A stretch of 24,000 nt of DNA from Bacillus sp. NTK071 (GTDB lineage: Bacteria > Bacillota > Bacilli > Bacillales > Guptibacillaceae). The notes under the pieces were generated by a model, which searched no databases, was not told where the DNA came from, and was given only the letters and a program-made list of their open reading frames with translations. The first letter of the stretch is position 1, and each line of letters opens with the position of its first letter. Made by a program: the position numbers and the translations under genes. Shown here piece after piece: positions 1 through 7,305 of the stretch. Where the stretch lies: contig NZ_JAFKOI010000002.1 of assembly GCF_017303315.1 (NCBI RefSeq), positions 131,396 through 155,395 of the forward strand, in the 5' to 3' direction.

Positions 1-231
1 ACCAGCAGGAATTTCAACTATGGCTTTACCTAAAGCTTTCCGATACTGCCTTACAGCTAATACCTTATTATCCGATGTAATCGCAATAACAGCCACTGCT
101 CCAGGATGATCAATTAATTCACGCTTGCTTTGTTTTCCATTTGGTAATTCGACGTCTTCTACTCTTACATTAATAATTCGACCTTCATAAATTGTTTCTG
201 AATGTAGGGTCTTTTCATATAGATGGTCCAT
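1..231 (-). CDS. nudF: ADP-ribose pyrophosphatase (Nudix hydrolase), N-terminal 77 codons; the gene runs off the left edge
   Basis: Not in the ORF track because it is truncated by the window edge. The reverse-strand ATG is at 229-231, with GGAGA (complement of 242-246) 10 nt upstream. The translation is MDHLYEKTLHSETIYEGRIINVRVEDVELPNGKQSKRELIDHPGAVAVIAITSDNKVLAVRQYRKALGKAIVEIPAG. By eye it matches the N-terminus of B. subtilis NudF as I recall it (VEDVELPNGK.SKRE, HPGAVAV, IVEIPAGK). The Nudix box itself lies outside the window. Confidence 0.8.
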   Translation of the reverse strand, partial: MDHLYEKTLHSETIYEGRIINVRVEDVELPNGKQSKRELIDHPGAVAVIAITSDNKVLAVRQYRKALGKAIVEIPAG

Positions 232-349
232 TGATAACTCATCTCCTCGTTCTAAAAATTCGGTACGATACATAAAGTCTATCACAAGAGACAGATAATA
301 GGGAAAGTAAGGCATTCCATTATGTATCGATCTATTAGGAGGTTTTGAT

Positions 350-508
350 ATGAAAGTTTACATTCAACCAAATGGTGTAACGATGGTAGGGAAACCAAAG
401 CAAATTCAATTAATGCTTAAACATTATATGAATTATTACGATACCATTGAAGAATGGGTTAAAGCACCATCCATTCGAACAAAATCACATTTACGCTTAA
501 TACAATAA
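350..508 (+). CDS. Small hypothetical protein, 52 aa
   Basis: Below the ORF-track size cutoff. ATG is at 350, preceded by TAGGAGG (336-342). Translation is MKVYIQPNGVTMVGKPKQIQLMLKHYMNYYDTIEEWVKAPSIRTKSHLRLIQ with TAA at 506-508, followed by the hairpin terminator at 547-579. No family recognised. Confidence 0.45.
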   Translation: MKVYIQPNGVTMVGKPKQIQLMLKHYMNYYDTIEEWVKAPSIRTKSHLRLIQ

Positions 509-546
509 ACCCTTAACGTATTTCACTAAGAATAGTTCTAGTAACT

Positions 547-579
547 AAGAAAAGCTGCCTACGAAAGGCAGCTTTTCTT
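547..579. terminator. Bidirectional rho-independent terminator between convergent genes
   Basis: A perfect 13-bp stem (aagaaaagctgcc / ggcagcttttctt) with a 7-nt loop. Each strand reads a TTTTCTT run after the GC core. It sits between the stop of the 52-aa ORF (508) and the stop of the pncA-like gene (582). Confidence 0.7.
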
Positions 580-581
580 AA

Positions 582-1121
582 TTATCGGACTTCAGTTTTG
601 AAGATTGTTTGCATTTGCTCAAGAAAAACATCATGATGAGCTGTAAAAGTTGCCATACAAGACCTATGAGCAACCGTTTTGAATCCTCTTGCATAAGCAC
701 CATATGCAGTTAAGAAATCACAAATGTCCGTACAAACTCCAGAAAGGTGTACCGTTTCAACATTTCTTACTTTTAATAATTCCTCTAAGTTCGTTTGAAA
801 AAATGCATCATATTCTGGTTTTGGAACATATGAGACGAGTTCATGAGTTTTATTTTCTTCATACCAGTGATACAAATCTCCATATAATTCCTGCCCCCAC
901 GTCCCTTTAACATTGTGTACTGGCCATAGTTCGAAGTGAGAATCTTCTTTTTCGTGTGAATCCATACAAACCACAACTTCTTTTCCTTCACTAAGAAAGG
1001 AATTAGCAAGTGAAACAATATTCGAAACCACTGACTGCCCTTTTCCCCCTACTGTCAGTCCACCATTATCATGAATAAAATCATTACTCATATCGATAAT
1101 TAATAGCGCTTCATTCCCCAT
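582..1121 (-). CDS. pncA: Nicotinamidase / isochorismatase-family cysteine hydrolase
   Basis: From track ORF 582-1142. The likely true start is the internal ATG at 1119-1121 (MGNEALLIIDMSNDF...), because AGGAGG (complement of 1129-1134) lies 7 nt upstream of it. The family Asp-Lys-Cys triad context is visible: IIDMSNDF, VPKPEYDAFF, LSGVCTDICD. Confidence 0.8.
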   Translation of the reverse strand: MGNEALLIIDMSNDFIHDNGGLTVGGKGQSVVSNIVSLANSFLSEGKEVVVCMDSHEKEDSHFELWPVHNVKGTWGQELYGDLYHWYEENKTHELVSYVPKPEYDAFFQTNLEELLKVRNVETVHLSGVCTDICDFLTAYGAYARGFKTVAHRSCMATFTAHHDVFLEQMQTIFKTEVR

Positions 1122-1267
1122 CACACCGCCTCCTAATGCCATTACTATAGCAAGAGATCACACAGATGACAAGACAACTAAAATGATATAGATATTCAAA
1201 TTATTGGCATCAATACTCCTATCACGGTACACTTAATACAGGTATATTATGGGAGGTATTGATATCA

Positions 1268-2179
1268 ATGAGGAAAAATCAACTTGGGAAATCAGAACTT
1301 TATGTGAGCGAAATCGGATTAGGAACAATGTCACTCGGAACAGATCGTGATAAAGGAATTGCGTTAATCCATGAAGCACTCGATAACGGAGTTAATTTCA
1401 TTGACACAGCCGATCTGTATGATTTCGGTTTAAATGAAGAAATTGTAGGTCACGCCCTCGAAGGAAGAAGAGATTCCGTCATCTTAGCTACTAAAGGTGG
1501 TAACCACTGGGAGGAAGGTAAAGACGGCTGGTTCTGGGATCCATCCAAAAAACATATTAAAGAAGCCTTGAAAGATAGCCTACGTCGTTTAAAAACAGAC
1601 TATATTGACCTGTATCAATTACACGGTGGCACAATTGAAGATCCTATGGATGAAACGATTGAAGCTTTTGATGAATTAAAACAAGACGGGCTTATACGAG
1701 AGTATGGGATTTCAAGCATTCGGCCAAATGTTATACGCGAATTTGTTAAACGTTCATCCATCGCTTCTGTTATGATGCAATATAGTGTTCTGGATCGAAG
1801 ACCAGAGGATGAAATACTTGATCTGTTAAATGAAAACGAAATTAGCGTCATTGCACGTGGACCACTTTCAAAAGGGATGTTAACTGATCGTTACGAAGAA
1901 AAAATTAAAGAAGATGGATTCCTAGATTATTCAAAATATGACGTCTTGAACATTGCTAAACAACTAGCCGAGTTAAAAGGTGATCATCGCAATATGACAC
2001 AAACAGCCCTTCGATACGCGCTTGCTCACCCCGCAGTAGCGACCGCTATACCTGGGGCAAGTAAGAGTGAACAGCTTCTTGCTAATTTAACAACCCAGAA
2101 TGCACCGGAGCTATCACTTGATGAAGTAAGAAAAATACGCGAAATTTCAAATGCGAATAAATATGATAAGCACCGTTAA
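1268..2179 (+). CDS. Aldo/keto reductase family oxidoreductase (YqkF/IolS-like)
   Basis: From track ORF 1259-2179. ATG at 1268 is preferred because GGGAGG (1251-1256) is only 2 nt from the TTG at 1259. AKR hallmarks are LGTMSLG, NFIDTADLYD, ILATKGG and IDLYQLHG. An AKR next to nudF matches my memory of the B. subtilis nudF-yqkF arrangement. Confidence 0.9.
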   Translation: MRKNQLGKSELYVSEIGLGTMSLGTDRDKGIALIHEALDNGVNFIDTADLYDFGLNEEIVGHALEGRRDSVILATKGGNHWEEGKDGWFWDPSKKHIKEALKDSLRRLKTDYIDLYQLHGGTIEDPMDETIEAFDELKQDGLIREYGISSIRPNVIREFVKRSSIASVMMQYSVLDRRPEDEILDLLNENEISVIARGPLSKGMLTDRYEEKIKEDGFLDYSKYDVLNIAKQLAELKGDHRNMTQTALRYALAHPAVATAIPGASKSEQLLANLTTQNAPELSLDEVRKIREISNANKYDKHR

Positions 2180-2189
2180 CTTATAAAAA

Positions 2190-2213
2190 AGAGCGCAGTC
2201 ATGACTGCGCTCT
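2190..2213. terminator. Hairpin terminator, strongest when read on the minus strand
   Basis: The stem is agagcgcagtc / gactgcgctct (11 bp on paper, but only 2 nt separate the arms, so fewer pairs can form). On the minus strand it is followed by TTTTTTATAA, which suits termination of the thiolase-scoAB operon. On the plus strand the T-tract is weak, but the hairpin lies 11 nt after the AKR stop. Confidence 0.65.
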
Positions 2214-2386
2214 AACTCTTATTAAAAGGCTTTTTTCGTAGACATTGTTGCTATAGCTGGTAAATTTCCGCTCCAATCAGCTACATCAGCTACGTGTGGT
2301 TTTTTACTCAATGATTAATTGAAAAGCAACAATCTTTTAGTAAAGAGCCAATTAAAAACAAACCACCAAAATTTTAATGCTAACTT

Positions 2387-3058
2387 TTAGAAAGCATTCA
2401 GTTGGACATCGCCAATAATGATGTCAGGTTCTGTGGATTCTTTAATATCATCAATACTAAACCCAGTTGCAACTTCTATAAGCACAAGACCTTTTGCTGT
2501 CACATCAAAAACGGCTCGATCTGTAATAATGCGATCGACAACACTTTTACCAGTTAATGGAAGTGTACAGGCTGATAATATTTTCGGTTCACCATTCTTA
2601 TTAACATGGTCCATGATAACCACAATTCGTTTTGCGCCGTGAACGAGATCCATAGCTCCGCCCATTCCTTTAATCATCTTACCCGGTATCATCCAGTTTG
2701 CAAGGTCTCCATCTTCGGATACTTCCATTCCTCCAAGGATCGCTACATCAATATGGCCACCTCGGATCATTGCAAAAGATTCAGCGCTATCAAAATATGA
2801 AGCACCTTGCATAGAAGTAACTGTTTCTTTTCCAGCGTTAATTAAATCAGGATCTACTTCACCTTCAGAAGGATATGGTCCAATTCCTAAAAGACCGTTT
2901 TCAGATTGCAAGACTACCTTTTTTCCATCTGGTATATAGTTTGCAACCATCGTTGGCATGCCGATTCCTAAATTCACATAAAAACCATCATGAATTTCTT
3001 TTTCAGCACGTCTTGCGATTTTTTCACGAACTGCTGCTTTATCTACTTTAACCATCAT
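2387..3058 (-). CDS. scoB: 3-oxoacid (succinyl-CoA:acetoacetate) CoA-transferase subunit B
   Basis: 223 aa. Typical beta-subunit sequence is present ([36 protein letters not shown]). The start could be the second ATG (3055), given AGGAGG directly upstream. It lies 7 nt downstream of scoA. Confidence 0.92.
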   Translation of the reverse strand: MMVKVDKAAVREKIARRAEKEIHDGFYVNLGIGMPTMVANYIPDGKKVVLQSENGLLGIGPYPSEGEVDPDLINAGKETVTSMQGASYFDSAESFAMIRGGHIDVAILGGMEVSEDGDLANWMIPGKMIKGMGGAMDLVHGAKRIVVIMDHVNKNGEPKILSACTLPLTGKSVVDRIITDRAVFDVTAKGLVLIEVATGFSIDDIKESTEPDIIIGDVQLNAF

Positions 3059-3065
3059 AATCCTC

Positions 3066-3752
3066 CTATCGCGTTGTTAGCCGCTCAATTTTCTTCTGCT
3101 GCTCTCCTACGATTACTTTTTGAACATAAATACTTGGAGTATGAATATGATCTGGATCAAGTTCTCCTACCTCTACAAGTTCCTCAACTTCAGCAATCGT
3201 AACAGTACCAGCAGCAGCAATCATCGGATTGAAATTCCTTGCCGTCTTGTTATAAACCAGATTTCCCATCACATCACCTTTTAGAGCACGTATTAGAGAG
3301 AAGTCTGCCTGGATCGCATGTTCTAATAAATAGTCTTTACCATCGAAGCTTCTCACTTCTTTCCCGTCTGCAATAGGCGTTCCAACACCAGCAGGAGTGT
3401 AGAATGCAGGGATACCTGCGCCACCGGCTCGAATACGTTCTGCTAAAGTTCCTTGTGGAATTAATTCTACCTCAAGTTCTCCAGAAAGAACCTGACGTTC
3501 AAACTCTTTGTTTTCTCCGACATAAGAGCCGACCATCTTCTTAATTTGCTTGTTTCTAAGTAACAAGCCAAGTCCCCATTCATCTACTCCACAGTTGTTT
3601 GAAATAACAGTTAAATCCTTAATTCCTTTGTCTCTAATCGCGATAATTAGATTCTCAGGTATGCCAACAAGTCCAAATCCACCTACTAAAATCGTAGCGC
3701 CATCATGAATATCTCGAACTGCTTCATCAAATGAGTTCAGTATTGGTTTCAT
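3066..3752 (-). CDS. scoA: 3-oxoacid CoA-transferase subunit A
   Basis: 228 aa. It is near-colinear by eye with B. subtilis ScoA as I recall it (IHDG.T...[70 protein letters not shown]). A GGGGAGG RBS is present. Confidence 0.93.
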   Translation of the reverse strand: MKPILNSFDEAVRDIHDGATILVGGFGLVGIPENLIIAIRDKGIKDLTVISNNCGVDEWGLGLLLRNKQIKKMVGSYVGENKEFERQVLSGELEVELIPQGTLAERIRAGGAGIPAFYTPAGVGTPIADGKEVRSFDGKDYLLEHAIQADFSLIRALKGDVMGNLVYNKTARNFNPMIAAAGTVTIAEVEELVEVGELDPDHIHTPSIYVQKVIVGEQQKKIERLTTR

Positions 3753-3777
3753 TAATAAAAGCCTCCCCTTAAATCAT

Positions 3778-4962
3778 TTATGGTCTTTCGACGATCGTTG
3801 CCACTCCTTGACCGCCACCAATACATAGTGTGGCGAGACCATAACGGTTATTTCGTCGTTTCATCTCATGCAATAATGTCACTAAAATTCGAGTACCACT
3901 CGCACCAATTGGGTGACCTAGTGCGATTGCACCGCCACTTACATTGAGAATGTCTTTGTTTACATCTAGGTCTCGCCCTACTGCAAGTGACTGAGCAGCA
4001 AATGCTTCATTTGCTTCAACTAGGTTCATATCAGTCATGGAAAGACCAGCACGCTCAAGTGCTTTCTTAGTTGCAGGTACCGGACCAAGTCCCATCACGC
4101 TTGGATCTACGCCAGCACTAGCATTTGCTCGAATAATGGCAAGTGGATCTATTCCTAATTCATCTGCTTTTTCACGACTCATGAGAACTACCGCTGCAGC
4201 TCCGTCATTAATACCTGAAGCATTTCCAGCGGTTACTCCGCCATCTTTCTTAAAAGCTGGGCGAAGTTTCGCAAGTTTCTCTGCTGTCGTACCGGGTTTA
4301 ACATATTCGTCTGTATCAAAAATGATCGGGTCCCCTTTTCTTTGAGGGATGGAAACAGGCATGATCTCATCTCTAAAACGACCTTCATCAATTGCTGTCT
4401 GTGCTTTTTGCTGACTCCAAGCAGCAAACTCATCCATCTCTTCTCGTGAAAGGTTATAATGGTCACATAGGTTCTCCGCCGTTACTCCCATGTGATAATC
4501 ATTAAATGCACACAACAATCCATCGTGTACCATACTATCAATCATCTTCTGATCTCCCATGCGAAGCCCATCTCGAGCTCCTTGAAGAAGATATGGTGCC
4601 TGACTCATGTTCTCCATACCACCAGCTACAACAATATCTTGATCACCAAGCATAATTGATTGAGCAGCCAAATGAACGGTTTTAAGTCCTGAGCCACATA
4701 CTTTATTAATAGTCATCGCAGGTGTTGAAACTGGTATTCCAGCTTTTATGGCTGCTTGTCGAGCGGGATTCTGCCCAAGTCCTGCCTGAAGGACATTTCC
4801 CATAATTACTTCCTCTACCTGATCTATCGTCAGCCCGGCCCTATTCACAGCTTCTTTAATAACCATAGCTCCTAGCTCGGGTGCAGATATTGATTTAAGT
4901 GAACCATTGAAAGAACCTACCGCTGTTCTGACAGCGCTTACAATCGCGACTTCTCGACTCAT
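3778..4962 (-). CDS. Acetyl-CoA C-acetyltransferase (thiolase II)
   Basis: 394 aa. Thiolase signatures are the active-site Cys context NKVCGSGLK, the C-terminal [17 protein letters not shown], and CIGGGQG. The RBS is AAGGAGGAAATCGAAATG. It is the first gene of a thiolase-scoA-scoB operon. Confidence 0.93.
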   Translation of the reverse strand: MSREVAIVSAVRTAVGSFNGSLKSISAPELGAMVIKEAVNRAGLTIDQVEEVIMGNVLQAGLGQNPARQAAIKAGIPVSTPAMTINKVCGSGLKTVHLAAQSIMLGDQDIVVAGGMENMSQAPYLLQGARDGLRMGDQKMIDSMVHDGLLCAFNDYHMGVTAENLCDHYNLSREEMDEFAAWSQQKAQTAIDEGRFRDEIMPVSIPQRKGDPIIFDTDEYVKPGTTAEKLAKLRPAFKKDGGVTAGNASGINDGAAAVVLMSREKADELGIDPLAIIRANASAGVDPSVMGLGPVPATKKALERAGLSMTDMNLVEANEAFAAQSLAVGRDLDVNKDILNVSGGAIALGHPIGASGTRILVTLLHEMKRRNNRYGLATLCIGGGQGVATIVERP

Positions 4963-5066
4963 TTCGATTTCCTCCTTATGTAACTATGACGCTCTTCTAC
5001 AATATTCTTACTTAATTCAGAAAAATCCTTCTAAAAATAAGAATTTCCATTATTCAAACGATTAAC

Positions 5067-5095
5067 TTGCATCCTTATTAATGGTTTGTTTTAAT
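5067..5095 (+). promoter_or_regulatory. Candidate sigma-A promoter for the HMG-CoA lyase gene
   Basis: TTGCAT (5067-5072), a 17-nt spacer, then TTTAAT (5090-5095). This is pattern matching in an AT-rich region only. Confidence 0.3.
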
Positions 5096-5100
5096 TAATA

Positions 5101-5115
5101 AGATAGCGCTTACAA
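5101..5115 (-). promoter_or_regulatory. Catabolite-responsive element (cre, CcpA operator)
   Basis: The minus strand reads TTGTAAGCGCTATCT, which matches all 15 positions of the B. subtilis cre consensus WTGNAANCGNWNNCW. It lies between the candidate -10 and the RBS/start of the HMG-CoA lyase gene, in the divergent region shared with the thiolase operon. Confidence 0.6.
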
Positions 5116-5122
5116 ATGAAAG

Positions 5123-6043
5123 GTGATGATAGTCTTGCTTCCTGAACACGTAACGATTATTGAAGTTGGTCCAAGGGACGGTCTCCAAAATGAGGGTAAT
5201 CAGGTACCAACTGAAGCTAAAATAAATTTCATTCAGTTATTAAAAGGTGCTGGCTTTAATGAAATGGAGCTCACTTCTTTCGTTTCACCTAAATGGGTAC
5301 CTCAGATGAAGGATGCGATGGAAATAACAAGTTCATGCCTTGATGAGACTAGGAATTTCGTTCTTGCTCCAAATCGTAAGGGGGTTGAAAGAGTACGCTC
5401 AACAGAGGTATCTGCTATTGCTGTTTTCGCTGGTGTGAGTAACTCATTTAATCAAAAAAATAGCAACAAAAATACTGAAGAACTTCTTAGCGAACTTCTT
5501 CCACTTGTCAAAGAATTAAAGAGCGATAATTACTTCATAAGAGCTTGTATTTCAACTGCCTTTTATTGTCCATATGAGGGAAAAATGCAAATCGAAGAGA
5601 CGGTTGAAGTTTGTAAGAAATTTGTAGAAGCAGGCGTAGATGAACTTAGCGTAGCGGATACAATTGGGATGGCAACTCCAGAAGAGGCGAACTTTCTTTT
5701 TAGTCGTCTTAGAGATGAATTTAAATCCACCTTATTAACAGCTCATTTCCATGATACAAGGGGAATGGCCCTTGCTAACATTTATGCTTGCCTTCAAGCA
5801 GGTATTTCTCGATTTGATACATCAGCTGGTGGATTAGGTGGTTGCCCTTTTGCAAAAGGTGCTACTGGTAACGTTGCAACAGAAAGTGTTGTGTATATGC
5901 TTGAATGTATGGGCATTTCAACTGGAATTAACCTTGATGAAGTGATGAAAGCAGTTGATTTCATAGAACCTCATCTTTCAAGAAGCATTACAACTCCCTT
6001 CCGATTGCTATATTTGAAAGAGAAAGAAGTCCCATCCAATTAA
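5123..6043 (+). CDS. Hydroxymethylglutaryl-CoA lyase
   Basis: 306 aa. It carries the diagnostic N-terminal EVGPRDGLQNE, then TSFVSPKWVPQM, HFHDTRG and GGLGGCPFA. The start is ambiguous: GTG 5123, ATG 5126, or TTG 5135 with AAGGTG upstream. Confidence 0.9.
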   Translation: MMIVLLPEHVTIIEVGPRDGLQNEGNQVPTEAKINFIQLLKGAGFNEMELTSFVSPKWVPQMKDAMEITSSCLDETRNFVLAPNRKGVERVRSTEVSAIAVFAGVSNSFNQKNSNKNTEELLSELLPLVKELKSDNYFIRACISTAFYCPYEGKMQIEETVEVCKKFVEAGVDELSVADTIGMATPEEANFLFSRLRDEFKSTLLTAHFHDTRGMALANIYACLQAGISRFDTSAGGLGGCPFAKGATGNVATESVVYMLECMGISTGINLDEVMKAVDFIEPHLSRSITTPFRLLYLKEKEVPSN

Positions 6044-6071
6044 CCGTAATAATATTATGGTAAACTTATCG

Positions 6072-6101
6072 AAAAAAGCACACAATGTTGTGTGCTTTTT
6101 T
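6072..6101. terminator. Bidirectional rho-independent terminator
   Basis: A 13-bp perfect stem (aaaaaagcacaca / tgtgtgctttttt) with a 4-nt loop and A/T runs on both sides. It serves the HMG-CoA lyase gene (+) and the padR operon (-). Confidence 0.78.
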
Positions 6102-6262
6102 CATCCCTTTACGATCGTTAAAATCGTACTGTAAATAAGTGCTAGAACCACACCACCAACTAATGTAATACGGTCCATCTTTTGACCTTTAAATAAATTC
6201 AAAATACCTTTGACTATCATAAATACAACGAAGAATATAAGAAAATACATTGCAAACGTCAC
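6101..6262 (-). CDS. Small hydrophobic protein, 53 aa, two predicted TM helices
   Basis: Not in the ORF track. GTG start (complement of 6260-6262) lies 10 nt after AGGAGG (complement of 6273-6278). Translation is VTFAMYFLIFFVVFMIVKGILNLFKGQKMDRITLVGGVVLALIYSTILTIVKG, with TGA at 6101-6103. It is the last gene after padR and the 104-aa ORF. Confidence 0.5.
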   Translation of the reverse strand: MTFAMYFLIFFVVFMIVKGILNLFKGQKMDRITLVGGVVLALIYSTILTIVKG

Positions 6263-6282
6263 GTATTATTGTCCTCCTATAT

Positions 6283-6597
6283 TTATCCTTTACTAATATA
6301 TCTCATTCTTGGATTTAGAATTTCATTATCACTTTTAAGCATAAAGCACTGATGTTTAGGAAGATAGTCTATTTTCAATTCATCATCAAAAAAGACAGCA
6401 TATTGTTCTTGAATTCGCACTGGTCTGAAATTCGATTCTAATTCCATATTAAAATTACCTTGTTCATTTTCACGTATCAGCTGAGTCACGCCATTTACGA
6501 CACAACCACAATCTTCAATGTCATAGTGTAATTTCAGAAAACCTTTTGGTTCATGTTCCAATTTCTCAATTGCTTTATCTGTAAATGTTACTTTCAT
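6283..6597 (-). CDS. Small cytoplasmic protein, probably the HesB-like 'iron-sulfur cluster biosynthesis family' type (YqkB/YneR-like)
   Basis: 104 aa: MKVTFTDKAIEKLE...LKLHYDIEDCGCVVNGV. The N-terminal pattern matches what I recall for Bacillus proteins annotated in Pfam Fe-S_biosyn. The family call rests on memory only. Its ATG is 1 nt from the padR stop, with GGAGAGGAG inside the padR 3' end, which suggests translational coupling. Confidence 0.6.
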   Translation of the reverse strand: MKVTFTDKAIEKLEHEPKGFLKLHYDIEDCGCVVNGVTQLIRENEQGNFNMELESNFRPVRIQEQYAVFFDDELKIDYLPKHQCFMLKSDNEILNPRMRYISKG

Positions 6598-6598
6598 A

Positions 6599-7159
6599 TT
6601 AATTCTCCTCTCCTTGCTCTTCTATAATAACGTCTATAAACTCAATAGCCCAGTCACACCACTCAATCCATGTTCTCATTTGTCTTCTACCGTATTCAAG
6701 TGTTAAGTATTCGCCCAATCGATCTTTTTGGATATGCTTATCAACACCATGATCTTCTTTCCACCTATCCATATGATGAAGTACCATTTGATGGTGTTCT
6801 TTACTTTTTTGGAGAAATTGAATCGCTTCGTCTTTTGGTATTAAGTGAAATAATGAGACGCGCATCAGTTGTTCATTTTTCATTTTTGGGGGATCAACGG
6901 TATGATGTGCCAACCATTCAATGAGTTGATTATAACCTAGCTCTTCAATCGAATAAATCTTCTTATCTGGCAAATCTTCCTGTGGAACAATTTTATAGCT
7001 TACCAATTGTTCTTTTTCCATTTTACCTAGCTCTCGATAAATTTGAGTATGATGTGCTGACCAGAAATGGATCATTGTTTCTTTAAACTGTTGAGTTAAC
7101 TCATATCCAGTTGATGGTTTTTTAGTAAGTAATCCTAGAAGAGCATATCGTAAAGCCAT
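6599..7159 (-). CDS. PadR-family transcriptional regulator with the long C-terminal domain
   Basis: 186 aa. The N-terminal winged-helix pattern is LRYALLGLL...STGYEL.....W.....QIYRELGKMEKE.L, followed by a ~90-aa helical C-terminal domain. RBS is AAGGAAA. Confidence 0.9.
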   Translation of the reverse strand: MALRYALLGLLTKKPSTGYELTQQFKETMIHFWSAHHTQIYRELGKMEKEQLVSYKIVPQEDLPDKKIYSIEELGYNQLIEWLAHHTVDPPKMKNEQLMRVSLFHLIPKDEAIQFLQKSKEHHQMVLHHMDRWKEDHGVDKHIQKDRLGEYLTLEYGRRQMRTWIEWCDWAIEFIDVIIEEQGEEN

Positions 7160-7195
7160 ATCATCATTTCCTTTTCAGCAATTTGCTTCATTTCT

Positions 7196-7201
7196 ATTAT
7201 A
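7196..7201 (-). promoter_or_regulatory. Candidate -10 box (TATAAT) for padR
   Basis: A perfect TATAAT on the minus strand about 37 nt upstream of the padR ATG. The -35 is poor (TGCAAA at 17 nt). Confidence 0.3.
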
Positions 7202-7261
7202 AACGTCTTTACAAGATCTTTGCACATTTGGAGTTGCAATACGACTTTTCTATGAGTAAGC

Positions 7262-7287
7262 TTGATATGTGAATAAGCACATATCAA
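7262..7287. promoter_or_regulatory. Perfect 10-bp inverted repeat containing an ATGT-N8-ACAT PadR-type operator
   Basis: TTGATATGTG-aataag-CACATATCAA. The core ATGT (7267-7270), 8 nt, then ACAT (7279-7282) matches the dyad reported for PadR-family operators. It ends 18 nt before the RND pump ATG and directly abuts its RBS. Confidence 0.6.
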
Positions 7288-7305
7288 CCAAGGAGGAAAT
7301 GTTCA

